DNA of 62,768 nucleotides, counting the filler, from Nemertoderma westbladi (lineage: Eukaryota > Animalia > Xenacoelomorpha): assembly GCA_032718475.1 (NCBI GenBank). It is 3 parts of 3 records of this genome, joined end to end, with 100 filler letters (N's around TTAATTAATTAA, not from the genome) between each part and the next. Parts side by side here need not be neighbours in the genome. Positions count along the whole stretch, not along the records: positions 25,956 to 49,657 come from JAUCBJ010004362.1; positions 49,758 to 62,768 come from JAUCBJ010003858.1; 1 more part is not named here. One strand, 5' to 3'. Shown piece by piece: positions 49,391-60,454 of the stretch. The stretch's first letter is position 1. Every line of letters begins with the position of its first letter. The notes beneath the pieces are model-generated. The model did not search any database and was not told the origin of the DNA. It worked only from the letters and a program-made list of their open reading frames with translations. Both the position numbers and the translations under genes were made by a program.

Positions 49391-49650
49391 AATGTTATCG
49401 GTGATGGCAACTGTTTTTTCGAGAAATTGCTGCATGTGGCTGGGAAATAATTTATTCTACTTTTCGCAAGAAACTGATATTATTCATGAAATCCAAGCGC
49501 ACTAAGCTGGATGCGTGGACTTATTCACTGCTTCCTCTGATTAGGCAGGCCTACATCAAGTTGTCCAAAATGATTAGGAACAGTGTTTGGGAAAAAGAGA
49601 CCGAAGTTTTATGGCAATGGCTGGACTCCTAAACAACGATATACATATGT
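49391..49650 (+). pseudogene. Decayed OTU-like cysteine protease fragment
   Basis: NVIGDGNCFF at 49391-49420 and, after frameshifts, NSVWEKETEV / MAMAGLLNNDIH, resembling the OTU GDGNCxFR and WxxxxE motifs; cut by the contig end. Confidence 0.5.
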
Positions 49651-49657
49651 CTACTGT

Positions 49658-49757
49658 NNNNNNNNNNNNNNNNNNNNNNNNNNNNNNNNNNNNNNNNNNN
49701 NTTAATTAATTAANNNNNNNNNNNNNNNNNNNNNNNNNNNNNNNNNNNNNNNNNNNN
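49658..49757. other. Artificial contig spacer (44 N + TTAATTAATTAA + 44 N)
   Basis: Same construct as 25856-25955. Confidence 0.97.
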
Positions 49758-49775
49758 TTGATAATCTTTTAAACA

Positions 49776-50155
49776 CGTTAGCACCAGCAAAAATGAGATA
49801 AAGATATAGTATAAGGTTTAAGAATTACCACACATGGAATCCGTCACCGTGGCTAAACATTTTCACTATAAAATACGTACAGAACCGGCACACAATGAAG
49901 GTGTAGTACATCTTAGTGATTTACAAAAACTTGAGCAGCAGCAAAAATAATTTAAAGATACAGTATAAGGCTTGGGAATTACCACATTGGAATACATAAC
50001 CGTGCCTTAACATTCGCACGATTGAATGTGTACAAAACCAGCAATATTAGTGACTCTCAAAAAGTTAAGTAGCGGCAAAATATATAATAAGTAAAATGTA
50101 CATGTACTGTACAGTATACGGTTAGGAATGACTGCCGTGGGATACGTAACCGTTA
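49776..50155. repeat. Three diverged ~140-155-bp tandem units downstream of the Tc1-like transposase
   Basis: GCAAAA...AGTATA(A/C)GG...GAAT...ACCGT recurs at ~49787, ~49940, ~50075. Confidence 0.6.
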
Positions 50156-50264
50156 CGTCGGCTTGCCGGTACCTTAAGAACTGCAAATGTGGGATAGTGG
50201 TTTGATTACTACGGTAGCCTACGGTTGTACTGTATCCTATCCAGTATCACAGCTGCTACTGCGC

Positions 50265-51477
50265 TTAACGACCAACGTGCACGTCCTCTAAGTTAATGAT
50301 ACTGGTGTGGAAAGATGTAGTATGTTGCGCAGCCCTTGTGCAGTCACCGCCAACAATAGTGGATTGTGCAAAACCCACTACTCCCTCCAAATACTGCAGT
50401 CGCTGTTCGGCTAATGTGCCGAGGCCAGGAGTTGGTGGAATACCCATGTTTACTTTAACATAACTCTTCACTTTCGACCAGATGGTCTCGACTGGGTTCA
50501 GCATTGGACTGTATGGTCCCAATCTTAAGAACTTTGCTTGGCTGCCTTCAAATACTGTCTCTAATCCTGCATGGCAAGGGGCGTTGTCAGAGACAAGCAG
50601 TAAATCCTCCAGCCGATTTCCCGCGTTTTCCCACTCTTGAAACAATTCTAAAACCCAATCGTTTGCCATTTCTTTCGTAAAACTTCCCCTTCTCCTTGTG
50701 AACTTTAGTACACCTGTGGCTGAAATTGCCGCCAACAGGTGTACATTCTTACCACGCGATGCGGGAAGTGTCTGGACTGCCCTCGATCCAACCTTTGATC
50801 GGCCTTGAGTGCGGCGGCAGAACAAGTTGAAATTGGTTTCGTCGATCCAGGCAACCTGCCTGCCGTTTCTAATATACTCGTTAAGCTTTGAAACGTAATC
50901 CGCCCTTTTCTGCTTGTTTATGACCGTGTTCATTGTCACAGGTTTGTGATGAGCCTTTTTTAGCGAATAAACCCGACCTTCCAAATAGTTGGCATTTGTT
51001 GTGAGGCTGACACTTATATTGAATTGCTGCATCAACCTTCGTTGGATTTCAACCAACGTTATGGAGGAGTCATCCTCAACCCATCCAATGATCACATCAA
51101 TCGTCTCCTCTGCCTATCTTTCTGGGCTTCACACCACCACGGGTTTTCATATCGGCCTCCCCTGTACTGACCCATGTGTATGCCGTTTTGTAAGTGACAC
51201 CTAAGGTGTTAGCGAGGGAAGCCCAGTCGTCGCCGCGATTAGCGCACTCAACTATACGGCGCCGATCTTGTTGGCTATTGGTTTTGTAAGTTGTCCGTTG
51301 AATAATTTGGGATTCCAAAATGGATTCCCGACATAATGGGCACTTAGGGTCGCCTTCGGAAAGGATTGGTGTAATGCACTTCTGATAGTAAATGTGCCGA
51401 CATGGACCCAACTTGATTAAGGAATGACGCGACATTGTGAACTGGCAAACAGCATAGTTATCCTTATATTTCTGCAT
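50265..51477 (-). pseudogene. IS630/Tc1-superfamily transposase (DD32E) with N-terminal RING-finger-like domain; one frameshift
   Basis: ATG 51477 MQKYKDNYAVCQ...PCRHIYYQKC...CPLCR, HTH (LANTLGVTYKTAYTWV), RGG linker, frameshift ~51114, then WIDETNF, SDNAPCH, PYSPMLNPVE (32 residues between D and E). Confidence 0.85.
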
Positions 51478-51672
51478 ATCGTTTTGTTTTTTTAGTATAA
51501 TATATATGTGTACATAAGCCAACCGGGACCTGCAACCGCACGTGAGATTAGAAGTAACACTCGAAGTAAGAACCAACAAACAACGTGATTTATAAATATT
51601 AATAGGCGTTTATGATTAAGGAAACGCATTGCACTAACATTCCTTTAGAATTAACAGATTGCCAAGTAACTA

Positions 51673-53887
51673 CCGTAGAACCTGCCAACTTTGACCCACG
51701 TTCGACATAAATTGATAAATATCTTTAGCACATTTGAATTTACCACCAATTTTTTTTCACCATTCAATGAGTTGGTTGGTCAGCAACAAGCCTACAGCTT
51801 ATCACTGGTAGATAGCCAGTGATAGGCTGTATTTTTTTTAAAAACCAGGGTGGGCAAAGTTGCATTAACAAATTCCAACTTTGGCCCAAGTGTTCATCAG
51901 GCAAGAAAACATGCTACTGCTGCTTTGGGCTACACTAGAAAATATTTAACACAACTTTGTCCCAATCAGTAATAAATAAGTTCTCCAATAAAAAAAACCC
52001 GATGGTAAATCTCCTATCTGTTCAAAAGTTACAGATACTACACTACTACCAAACCAAAGTATTTACCTTGTAGGTATACAGCATATTCCCCTTGTAGTGC
52101 TTGTAGTCTATATTTTCTCTCATATGAACTATTATTTTGGAGGGCCGGCCGGCGGTTGTGAATGTAATACAAAGGGAATGGATAATGCCGGTCTACTATA
52201 GTACAATTACATAGGGTAGTAAACTAGGTTTGTTTTGTATCTTCCATGTACATTTATACACACAATTACACGGCTGTCGCAGTTTTTTAAGCGTCTCGCA
52301 ATCCTGCTAGTGTTATCCTCCAAACGGGAGCTTGCCTACTCCCAGTGTGTTGAGTTGAGCTGCGTAGTTTCTCTCGTCTCCGGGCAGTCCTGATGTGTCT
52401 GCGCGGGTCCCGTTCGACTCGGAGGCGGCCTATCCACGAGCAGAGCATGGGGAGTCCTCGATCCAACTTGCGAATGCAGAGGCGAACTACAGGGGGTAGA
52501 CCCCTGCGGCGTTTTGGACGGCGGGTGACCTTGTACTCATTTTGTATATGTATTGCTATTGCTGTTGTTATTGATATTATTATTGTTTGTTAAAATTTAT
52601 ATTATTTTCTTAATGTTTTTGAAATTATTGTTTCTGTTATTTCACGTTGCTTTTATAGGCAGTAAAAGTATTATATCGAATACACAACCAAATAACCTTT
52701 CAGTTTCAAATTGCACTTCAGACTTTTATACATAAAACAATTAGGTATGATAACAGTTACAGTATCACTTAAACACATCGATAACAATTGAATTCTATCG
52801 ATGCTATATTGACATTAATCAAGTCACGGAATGGTTCTGTGCAGGCTCTATGGAACCAATGAGCACAACTATCACACCCAACAGTGCGATCATAATCTGG
52901 AGGGACAAACGGTACCAAACACTGAGCACATTTGTTCTCGTCTATAATGCTCCCCTCAGGCTCACTATCTTCTCCCTCTGCGCTATCATCTCCCCCCTCA
53001 TTCTCACAAGCTGGCTCAGTAAGCCCTCCATCTTCATAGGAAAGGAGACTTTCCAAATCGTCAAGGAGACTACAGTCCGATTCCGAATCACTCTCACTGC
53101 TAGACACAGGCGCAGCAACACTCCTTCCTGCCTCCACATTCAATCTTGTACGTTTCGACCGCCTGGGTTGACTAGGAGCATTACCCCCTCTCAATTCTTG
53201 TAGCTGATCGATTAGAGCGCCATCTACAGCTGCTCCCGCTACAGCTGGTTCAGGACTGTCCTGGGGCAAACACTTCAAGACCTCATTCCTATCGAGTGGA
53301 AAGATTCCACATGCTCGAAACCCAGAACGAACATTGTTCTCTTTACACCCTTGCTGAATTAAACTATTTAACATCTTCGGGAATTCCTCCTTAGATAGTG
53401 TTTCACCTTTCCTGTCAGCAAATCTACCCATCTTCCAGTCATGGAGTAACTGGCGCCAGATACGCTTCATAGGGCCAAAGAAGGCCTTATCCAGTGGTTG
53501 AGTTAGTTGTGTCGAGTTGCAAGGCAGGCACACGAAATGAATATAATTAAAATTGAAATTAAAAATGGGAACAATATTTATTACCATTAGAACTCATCTA
53601 GAATAAAAAATTGTCACTGCAATTGATGGTTATCACTGCAGGGTATAGACCTTTCAACCCTACTTTTGCAACACACATTGCACCTTTTTTCAGGCCTGAT
53701 TTCTCTACACTTCCCGGAATACCTGATGATGTGCTACATATGCATATGATTGGGCATATGCTAAACTTCATTTACTAAAAAAAATCGGTTTAAAAAAATT
53801 ATCTTCCAGTCTGAAAACAACGGAACTCTCAAAAAAAAAAATTGGGCCAAAGTTGCCCTCATGGGCCAAAGTTGGTAGGGTCTACGG
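51673..53887 (-). mobile_element. pogo/Tigger-type DNA transposon, internally deleted
   Basis: TIRs CCGTAGAACCTGCCAACTTTGACCCA / TGGGCCAAAGTTGGTAGGGTCTACGG; TA TSD at 51671-51672 and 53888-53889; subterminal GGGCCAAAGTTG repeats. Confidence 0.88.
52769..53587 (-). pseudogene. pogo transposase C-terminal half with PHD finger
   Basis: LPCNSTQLTQPLDKAFFGPMKR, SGFRACGIFP, acidic linker, CAQC...CDSCAHWFHRAC...CYRC; HTH and first two catalytic Asp missing. Confidence 0.85.
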
Positions 53888-54313
53888 TACCAATTCTATT
53901 ATCATAAACACAAATAAAATAGCAGAAAGCTTCTGGAACATTTGGTTTCCAAGAGATACCAAGAGATAGGTACTGTTAAAGACATGATTCCTATATAAGT
54001 TTCTGAATTACATATTACGGTTTCTGAATTAGTTAGTTAGTTAGTTAGTTTATTGACATAAAGTTAGATTGTATATAAATGAGATAAACAATTATTAACC
54101 AGCACAACACCACTTTACGTCCTGATATTAATAATATACATGTTATACATAATCATCAAAATAATAATTCCTACTGTAATTTAATAAAATAAACATTTAA
54201 ATATAATTAGCACAAGATTATTTTAATTGGCACATTACTAATGCCTCATTACTAATACTAATGTATTGATGCTATCAATCGAATAATTTTTGAACCTCGT
54301 ATACAAAAACAGC

Positions 54314-57300
54314 TTAATATACAGACATTACTGACTCTATATACCTACACAATTGTTCAATATTATCCATATTACCATTGAAAAAGATACTTATATTTTG
54401 CATATTTAACTGTGGGTACTGTCTGCGTATTGGTAGTGATATTGGGCAATGTAACAGTGTGTGCACTTCGTCCTGAACGGATTTGTTATCACAGGGACAC
54501 ACTCGCTCCTCGTGTGGAATCCGTGACCATCGCCCTCGTTCTACAAACAGGTTGTGCGACATTAATCGCATTCTGCTGAAGTGCACCCTAATATAATCCG
54601 GTACATACGGGGATTTCAGGCTGTAAATCGAGTGGCATGTCAGGTCCATATTCAGTGACGTCCTGTATGTGACAAACTTGGTCGCCGTGCTTGGCTTCTT
54701 GCGTATTCTAGTAAGAATGTCGCTGTTAGTCGGGCTTGGTTCGGACCACGCCATAGCACACTTTATCATGTTGTACCCTGGTGAGTTTACATTCTTACAA
54801 ATGGTAAGTGCCTGTCGGAAAGGTGTGTCCTCTGGTAGCGTATGTAGAGCTTTCTGTAGGAACCGTTTGCGGTATTTCATTATGCGTGTTTGAATGGAAG
54901 GCATCCCTACTTCTATTAAACAAATGTCGGTCGGGGTTTGTTCCCGTACACCTAATAATATTTTTATCATACGGCCATAAAATATATCTAAACTCTTAGT
55001 ATTATTAGTTAACCAGCCTTCGCAACCATATAGGAATGCTGTAGCTACTGCAGCCTCAAACACCTGCTTTTTAACACAAAAAGCAATATTTGTATTGTGC
55101 GCACAAAATATAGAAAATTTATTTACAATCTCTTCGCACCGAGTTTTATGTAGATTAAAAACTGAGTTGAATTTACCATCTTCTGTAAAAATAGATCCAA
55201 GATAGGTGTATGTAGTACAATGGTTAACTGTTACGTCATTTACAACTAGAGGAGTTCTATCGTACATTGCACCATTAACAACGAAAAACTTTGTCTTTTT
55301 TACATTTATCTTCATACCAGACTCTTTACAAAAAGCTATAAGAGCACCCAATTTACGCAGGCACAAATTACGGTTAGTAGAAAGAATTATAGTATCATCC
55401 ATTAGTAACATAATATGCAAAATACCCAAATAACCATCCTGGGTTACAGTATTACACACCATTGTTACCAGATTGTCAATATATAAGCTAAATAATATTA
55501 CACTAGTAGCTGCACCTTGTCTTACGCCTATGGCTGTACATATTATAGCGGATTTCAATATACTTTTAGTACATGTATAAGTAGCTAAGATTGCCATTAA
55601 CATTACTTTTCCACAACCCAATTTTCTTAATCTTTCAATAAGTTTCATTCTAGGTATATTATCGTAAGCCTTTGAGAAATCTACAAATAGTACAAAAAGT
55701 TTCTCCCTTTTAAAAATCGCATAATCTATAAGTAGACGCAGTGCTAATATATGTTCAGTGCAACTGCGGTTTTTTCTACCCCCTGCCTGACACCTACTTA
55801 TATTGCACCATAAGGACAGTCTAGCTGATAATAACATATCATAAATCTTAGCACAGGTCTCCATAATTGATATACCTCTGTAATTACCACAAATAGCTCG
55901 GCTCCCCGATTTGAAAATTACTATTAAGGGGGGCACTCTGTAATTAAATTTTTTTTTTGAAGAATTTTGGTCATTTTTTTTATTTTTTGTTCTAAGCCGA
56001 TTTTTAATGGAGATTCCAAATATGCAAACGGTTTGACAGAGCGACTTTTAGTTTTCGAGATATATTGACTTTCGTACACCTTAATCTGGCACAAAAATAT
56101 CCAAATTTTTCGTATTTTCACTCATAAGAAGTTTATTTTCGGTTTTCTGGTGTATCCAGTGTAATGTTGCTTAGCAACTGTATCTAAGCATCAGTGGCGG
56201 TAAATTTAAACGAGTATCTGTGAACATTAGTCCCTTTCCCTTGTACTGTCTGACTGTGAATTCGGCTCTAACACAAATCTGTCCCTACCCACACTGCCGT
56301 ACCGGTAGTGTGGGTTAATTTTTTTGGTTAGGGTCAACACAGTCAGAACCCCAACCTAACTGTAATCTAACCCTAACCCCAATATTAACCGTTTGCTCCC
56401 TAATCCTAGCTGGAACCGTCTGCCTAACCCTAGCTCATGGTAGCTAGAACAGTCACAGCTGTTAGGTTAGCCTAGGATTCTGAAATTCTGATTACACGAA
56501 TTACAAGATTGCAGTAGTATATGCCTAGAACGTAAATGTCAAAATCACTATGTCACAATGTCATAATCATTAATTAATATACATCGTATTGGTGATCTTT
56601 ACTTAAAACCGAAAATTCCGCATGTAGCACATGGAGCACTACATGTTAAAAAAAAAAATTCGTAAATTGAGTTATTTTAACTGAAAATATTGCAAAACTA
56701 AGATATTTTTATCAAACTAATCTGCTTTCGAACTTTAAATTGGATTTATTCCTATTTCATTTTTTTGCACTTTTTTATATTTTAAAATGCTACTACTTGT
56801 AGGGAATTGGTCAAAACTGGCTGATTTTTGGCATGCGTGGTCTTGATGAAGTGTTTTAACTATGCAATTGACAAAATTTTGAAATTTTGATTTTAACCAA
56901 AGTTATAGTCAAAATTTGAAATTTTTTGTGACTTTTTCGAGTTTTTTAGTTATTTTTGGTGAAAAATTTCGAAAAAATGGAATAATTTTAAAAGTAAGAC
57001 AGATGTTTAAATTCTGTCAATTGCATCGTTTTATAACATTGTTCCGGACATTCGAACCGAATTTTGAACAATTTGAATCAAAATTGCGGTTCTAGAAGCC
57101 TTTTTTTAAAAATTTGAATAAATTATGTTAATTAGCAAAATTAAAATTAAAAAAAAAAAATTTTGCGATTTTCAGTTTTTTGGATCTATATTACATAGGT
57201 TTGCCAAATATTACTATTTTTGAACATAGTCCCGCGCCAAAATTAAGAAAATAAAAACGTCATTCAATTACAGAGTGCCCCCCTTAATTTACTGTAGCAC

Positions 57301-57515
57301 CACGATGTGGGGTACGCCCCAAATTTAAACACGAAATTAAAAAATGCAAGAAAAAATATAAGCCAATTACCAGGTAGCGAAGTGAACAATCCAAGTGCGA
57401 CACCTATGTAACTTTTATTTATTTTTATTTCACTTAAAACTTCCGCAAATTCCTTTTCTGACAACGGATCATCTAGAATCGGAACATATGGAGCGGTTGA
57501 AAATTCGTCAGTCAT
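54314..57515 (-). pseudogene. LINE reverse transcriptase split by insertion 55928-57283
   Basis: Removing the insertion and one TTAA restores YPTSWCYSKL-IVIFKSG...NYRGISI; further FVDFSKAYD, GVRQG, LMDD and C-terminal ERGRW...ERVCPC...DEVH...C. Confidence 0.9.
55928..57283. mobile_element. Non-autonomous Kolobok-like DNA transposon (1356 bp)
   Basis: Perfect 18-bp TIR GGGGGGCACTCTGTAATT / AATTACAGAGTGCCCCCC; TTAA TSD at 55924-55927 and 57284-57287; GG termini fit Kolobok rather than piggyBac (CC). Confidence 0.9.
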
Positions 57516-57708
57516 ATTACATATTACGCTTTCTGAATTACATATTACGCTTTCTGATTTACATATTACGGTTCTGAATTACATATTACACATTCTGAAT
57601 TACATATTACGCTTTCTGATTTACATATTACGGTTCTGAATTACATATTACACTTTCTGAATTACATATTACGGTTCTGAATTACATATTACGCTTTCTG
57701 AATTACAT
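57516..57708. repeat. 20/21-bp tandem repeat (TTACATATTACGCTTTCTGAA)n
   Basis: About 9 units; 1.5 further units lie at ~54000-54031 on the other side of the LINE. Confidence 0.92.
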
Positions 57709-57719
57709 CTTGAAAAGGT

Positions 57720-59682
57720 GTAGTTAGTAATTTATTTAATAATTATTTTACTAATGTTGCCTCTAATTTAGTTAAGAAGTTACCGTTATCAAGTAATAAA
57801 TATAGTTTTCTTAAGGATGGTGCTGAAGTACTTAAAGTGCCTATTACTTTTATTATTAATTACTCTATCGTAGATAATGTAGTACCAGACGAACTGAAAT
57901 TAGCTAAGGTTGTTCCTCTGTATAAAAAGAATAGTAAAGTAGAACCCTATAATTACAGACCTGTTAGTATCTTAAGTATTGTATCTAAAATTCTAGAACG
58001 TTCTGTTTTTCTACAGCTGGAAGCACATCTTAGTAGGCTAAACCTGATCTATGAACTTCAGTCCGGTTTTCGTAAATCATATTCTACAGATTATAACATT
58101 CTACAGATATCTACAGATAACATTCAACAGATCTATAATATTCTACAGATCCTGCCTTATTAACTTAACTGATACAATTAGATTTAATAACGCAAAGGGT
58201 TTATATACTGGTATGGTAATGTTGGACCTACTGTACAAAAGGCTTTCGATACTGTAGATCATGAAATTCTGCTTGGTAAGTTAGGCCTGATGGGTGTAGG
58301 TACTATAGACTGGTTCAAGTCCTACCTGTCAGACAGAGGTCAAACTGTAGTCATTAGCAAATCGCAGTCTACTGTACAAGAGATTACCTGTGGGGTACCG
58401 CAAGGTAGTATATTAGGTCCTCTGCTTTTTGTATGCTATGTAAATGATATGATAAGTAGTATAGATCCCGATTTTAAACTCATTTTATATGCCGACGACA
58501 GTGCTCTTATTTTCTCTCATAAAGATCCTATCCATATTTCCCAAAAGTTAAGTGCAGTTCTAGAATCCTGTAATGAGTGGTTGGTTGATAATAAGCTATC
58601 CATTCACTACAGTAAGACTGAAAGTATTTTGTTTGGTTCCAAAAGAAAGTTAAAGAAGGTAACTAAGTTTTAAGTCACTAGTAATGGATATAAGATTGAA
58701 AATAAAAAGGAAGTTAAATATGTAGCCGCCACATTGGATAACTGCTTATCAGGAGAAAGCACAGTGACAAATATTTTCTCGAAAGTTAACAGTAGGCTTA
58801 GGTTTCTATACAGAAATAAAAATAGTTTGAACACCGACTCCCGCAAGTTACTATGCTCTTTTTTAATACAGTGTCACATGGACTATGCGTGCTCTTCTTG
58901 GTATGAAGGCTTAACAAACAGCTTAAATGTAAATTACAAGTAGCTCAGAATAAAGTAGTACGGTTTATTAAAGACTACAAACCTAGGCACCACCTAACTC
59001 CAGATGACTTTTCTGAATCTGGACTACTTAACTTAGATAGTAGAGTTAAGCAGCTACGCGAACCATGTGCATAAAGTGTATAATGGTAAATGTCCCAATT
59101 ACCTAAAACAAAAATTCAACAGAGTACGCGAAACACACTCTTACAGTACCAGAGCTAGTGCTTCAAACTTCTACCTCCCAAATTGTAAATCCTTTGAATC
59201 TGATACTTTCTTTTTTAACGGCATTAAAAATTGGAACGCTCTGCCTAATGAAATTAAAAACCTAGATAATCAACATTCTTTTAAATCTGCAGTTAAATCT
59301 CAACTCCGTGTGCAATGTAAAAATAGGTACAATAGTCCTACAGTAAGTTATTAGTTTATTAATTATTTACTATTTATACTGTAATTACGTTTTATAATAA
59401 ATTATTCTGTACATTATATCTTTATCGTTGAGTCGGGCATTGTCACGCTCTCGGTAAAGTTGTACATGTACATAGTGTAATTACGTTTTATATTGGTTTT
59501 AGGTTAGCGTAGTGTAATATTGTATTTGTAACCAAGTAACATAAAGGACCCCCTTGGAAATAAGCTGCAAAGCTTTAGGGGTAATCCTATATGTTATGTT
59601 GGACAATACCTTTATACCGGTACATTGTTTGGTGTATTTGTTATTGTTTTTACATAATGTATAAATAAATCTATCTATCTAT
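57720..59682 (+). pseudogene. Decayed CR1/L2-group LINE (RT plus 3' UTR)
   Basis: [50 protein letters not shown]; 3' end AATAAATAAAT(CTAT)n. Confidence 0.9.
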
Positions 59683-59887
59683 CAGGCAATACACTGTCAT
59701 TATTGAGGAGCTTTTCGAAGTGGGACTTCCAACCATTGAGGCGATCGGCTGGTGATTCAGCCTTAACCTTGGTGGTTGTTTGGCTGTTTCGACCAGCAAG
59801 CAAGTTGATCGATCTCCATGCCTGGGATGATTGCCTGCTGTCGTCAGCATCATTGATGGCATCAACCTGTTGGTTTATTAGCTCCTG
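59683..59887 (-). pseudogene. RTE-like LINE internal fragment
   Basis: RQSSQAWRSINLLAGR...KVKAESPADRLNGWKSHFEKLL aligns with QQSRLTWQTVNEVSGR...RLKADSPEERVGKWKNHFSNLL of the RTE in this window. Confidence 0.75.
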
Positions 59888-60454
59888 TAAATTAACAGAG
59901 TACTGCCTGTATTTAATACAAGTTTTTAATAAACACTTGAAGGTGAGGTAAAAAAGCATTTTTCCAATTCGCTACTATTTTAAAAAATACTAGCATTCAT
60001 GAAAAAATAAATTCCCCACAAAAAATATTTTATCCAAAAACACGAGCTAGTCAAAAAATACTAGCTACCAAAAAATTTAATATACATAAAAATATATATA
60101 TACATATAAAATAGGTGTTTTAACTAAAAATGAATAGCTATAATAATCTACAGAAGGTATAGTAATTGTTCTAGAACAATAAAAACAATACTGATAATAT
60201 ATTCCGTATGCCTATTATAGGAAAACAAAGACAGAATAAGTGCAAAGATGGAAACTTTACCGGTAATGCGTTAATAAGTAAAATATAACATGCATCAACA
60301 CATTTAAGAAGCTACAATTGCTTATGAATTCTGAAATTCAAATATTGTGTACAAGACAACCCATATTATTTACATATAATTAGTAAATGTCTTCTGCCTA
60401 AAGTTGTAGTAATCGTTTAAATAACGAAAAATGCAATAATTCCCAATCGATCTA

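Larger units (their letters stand above)
54032..57515 (-). mobile_element. 5'-truncated LINE (RTE-X-like), interrupted by a TTAA-specific element
   Basis: (TAAC)n tail at 54032-54050; sits within a 21-bp tandem array with a possible ATTA TSD. Confidence 0.85.

Noticed and set aside
51097-51125. Programmed -1 frameshift as in bacterial IS630
   Set aside because: Required shift is +1/-2 and no slippery heptamer is visible; more likely an inactivating indel.
49391-53587. OTU + RING + PHD as one ubiquitin/chromatin module
   Set aside because: OTU lies across an artificial contig spacer and the PHD belongs to a separate pogo insertion with its own TIRs and TSD.
55928-57283. piggyBac classification, or telomeric repeat from the CCTAAC-like stretch at ~56350-56430
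   Set aside because: Termini are GG rather than CC; the CCTAA-like units are short, degenerate and internal to the element.
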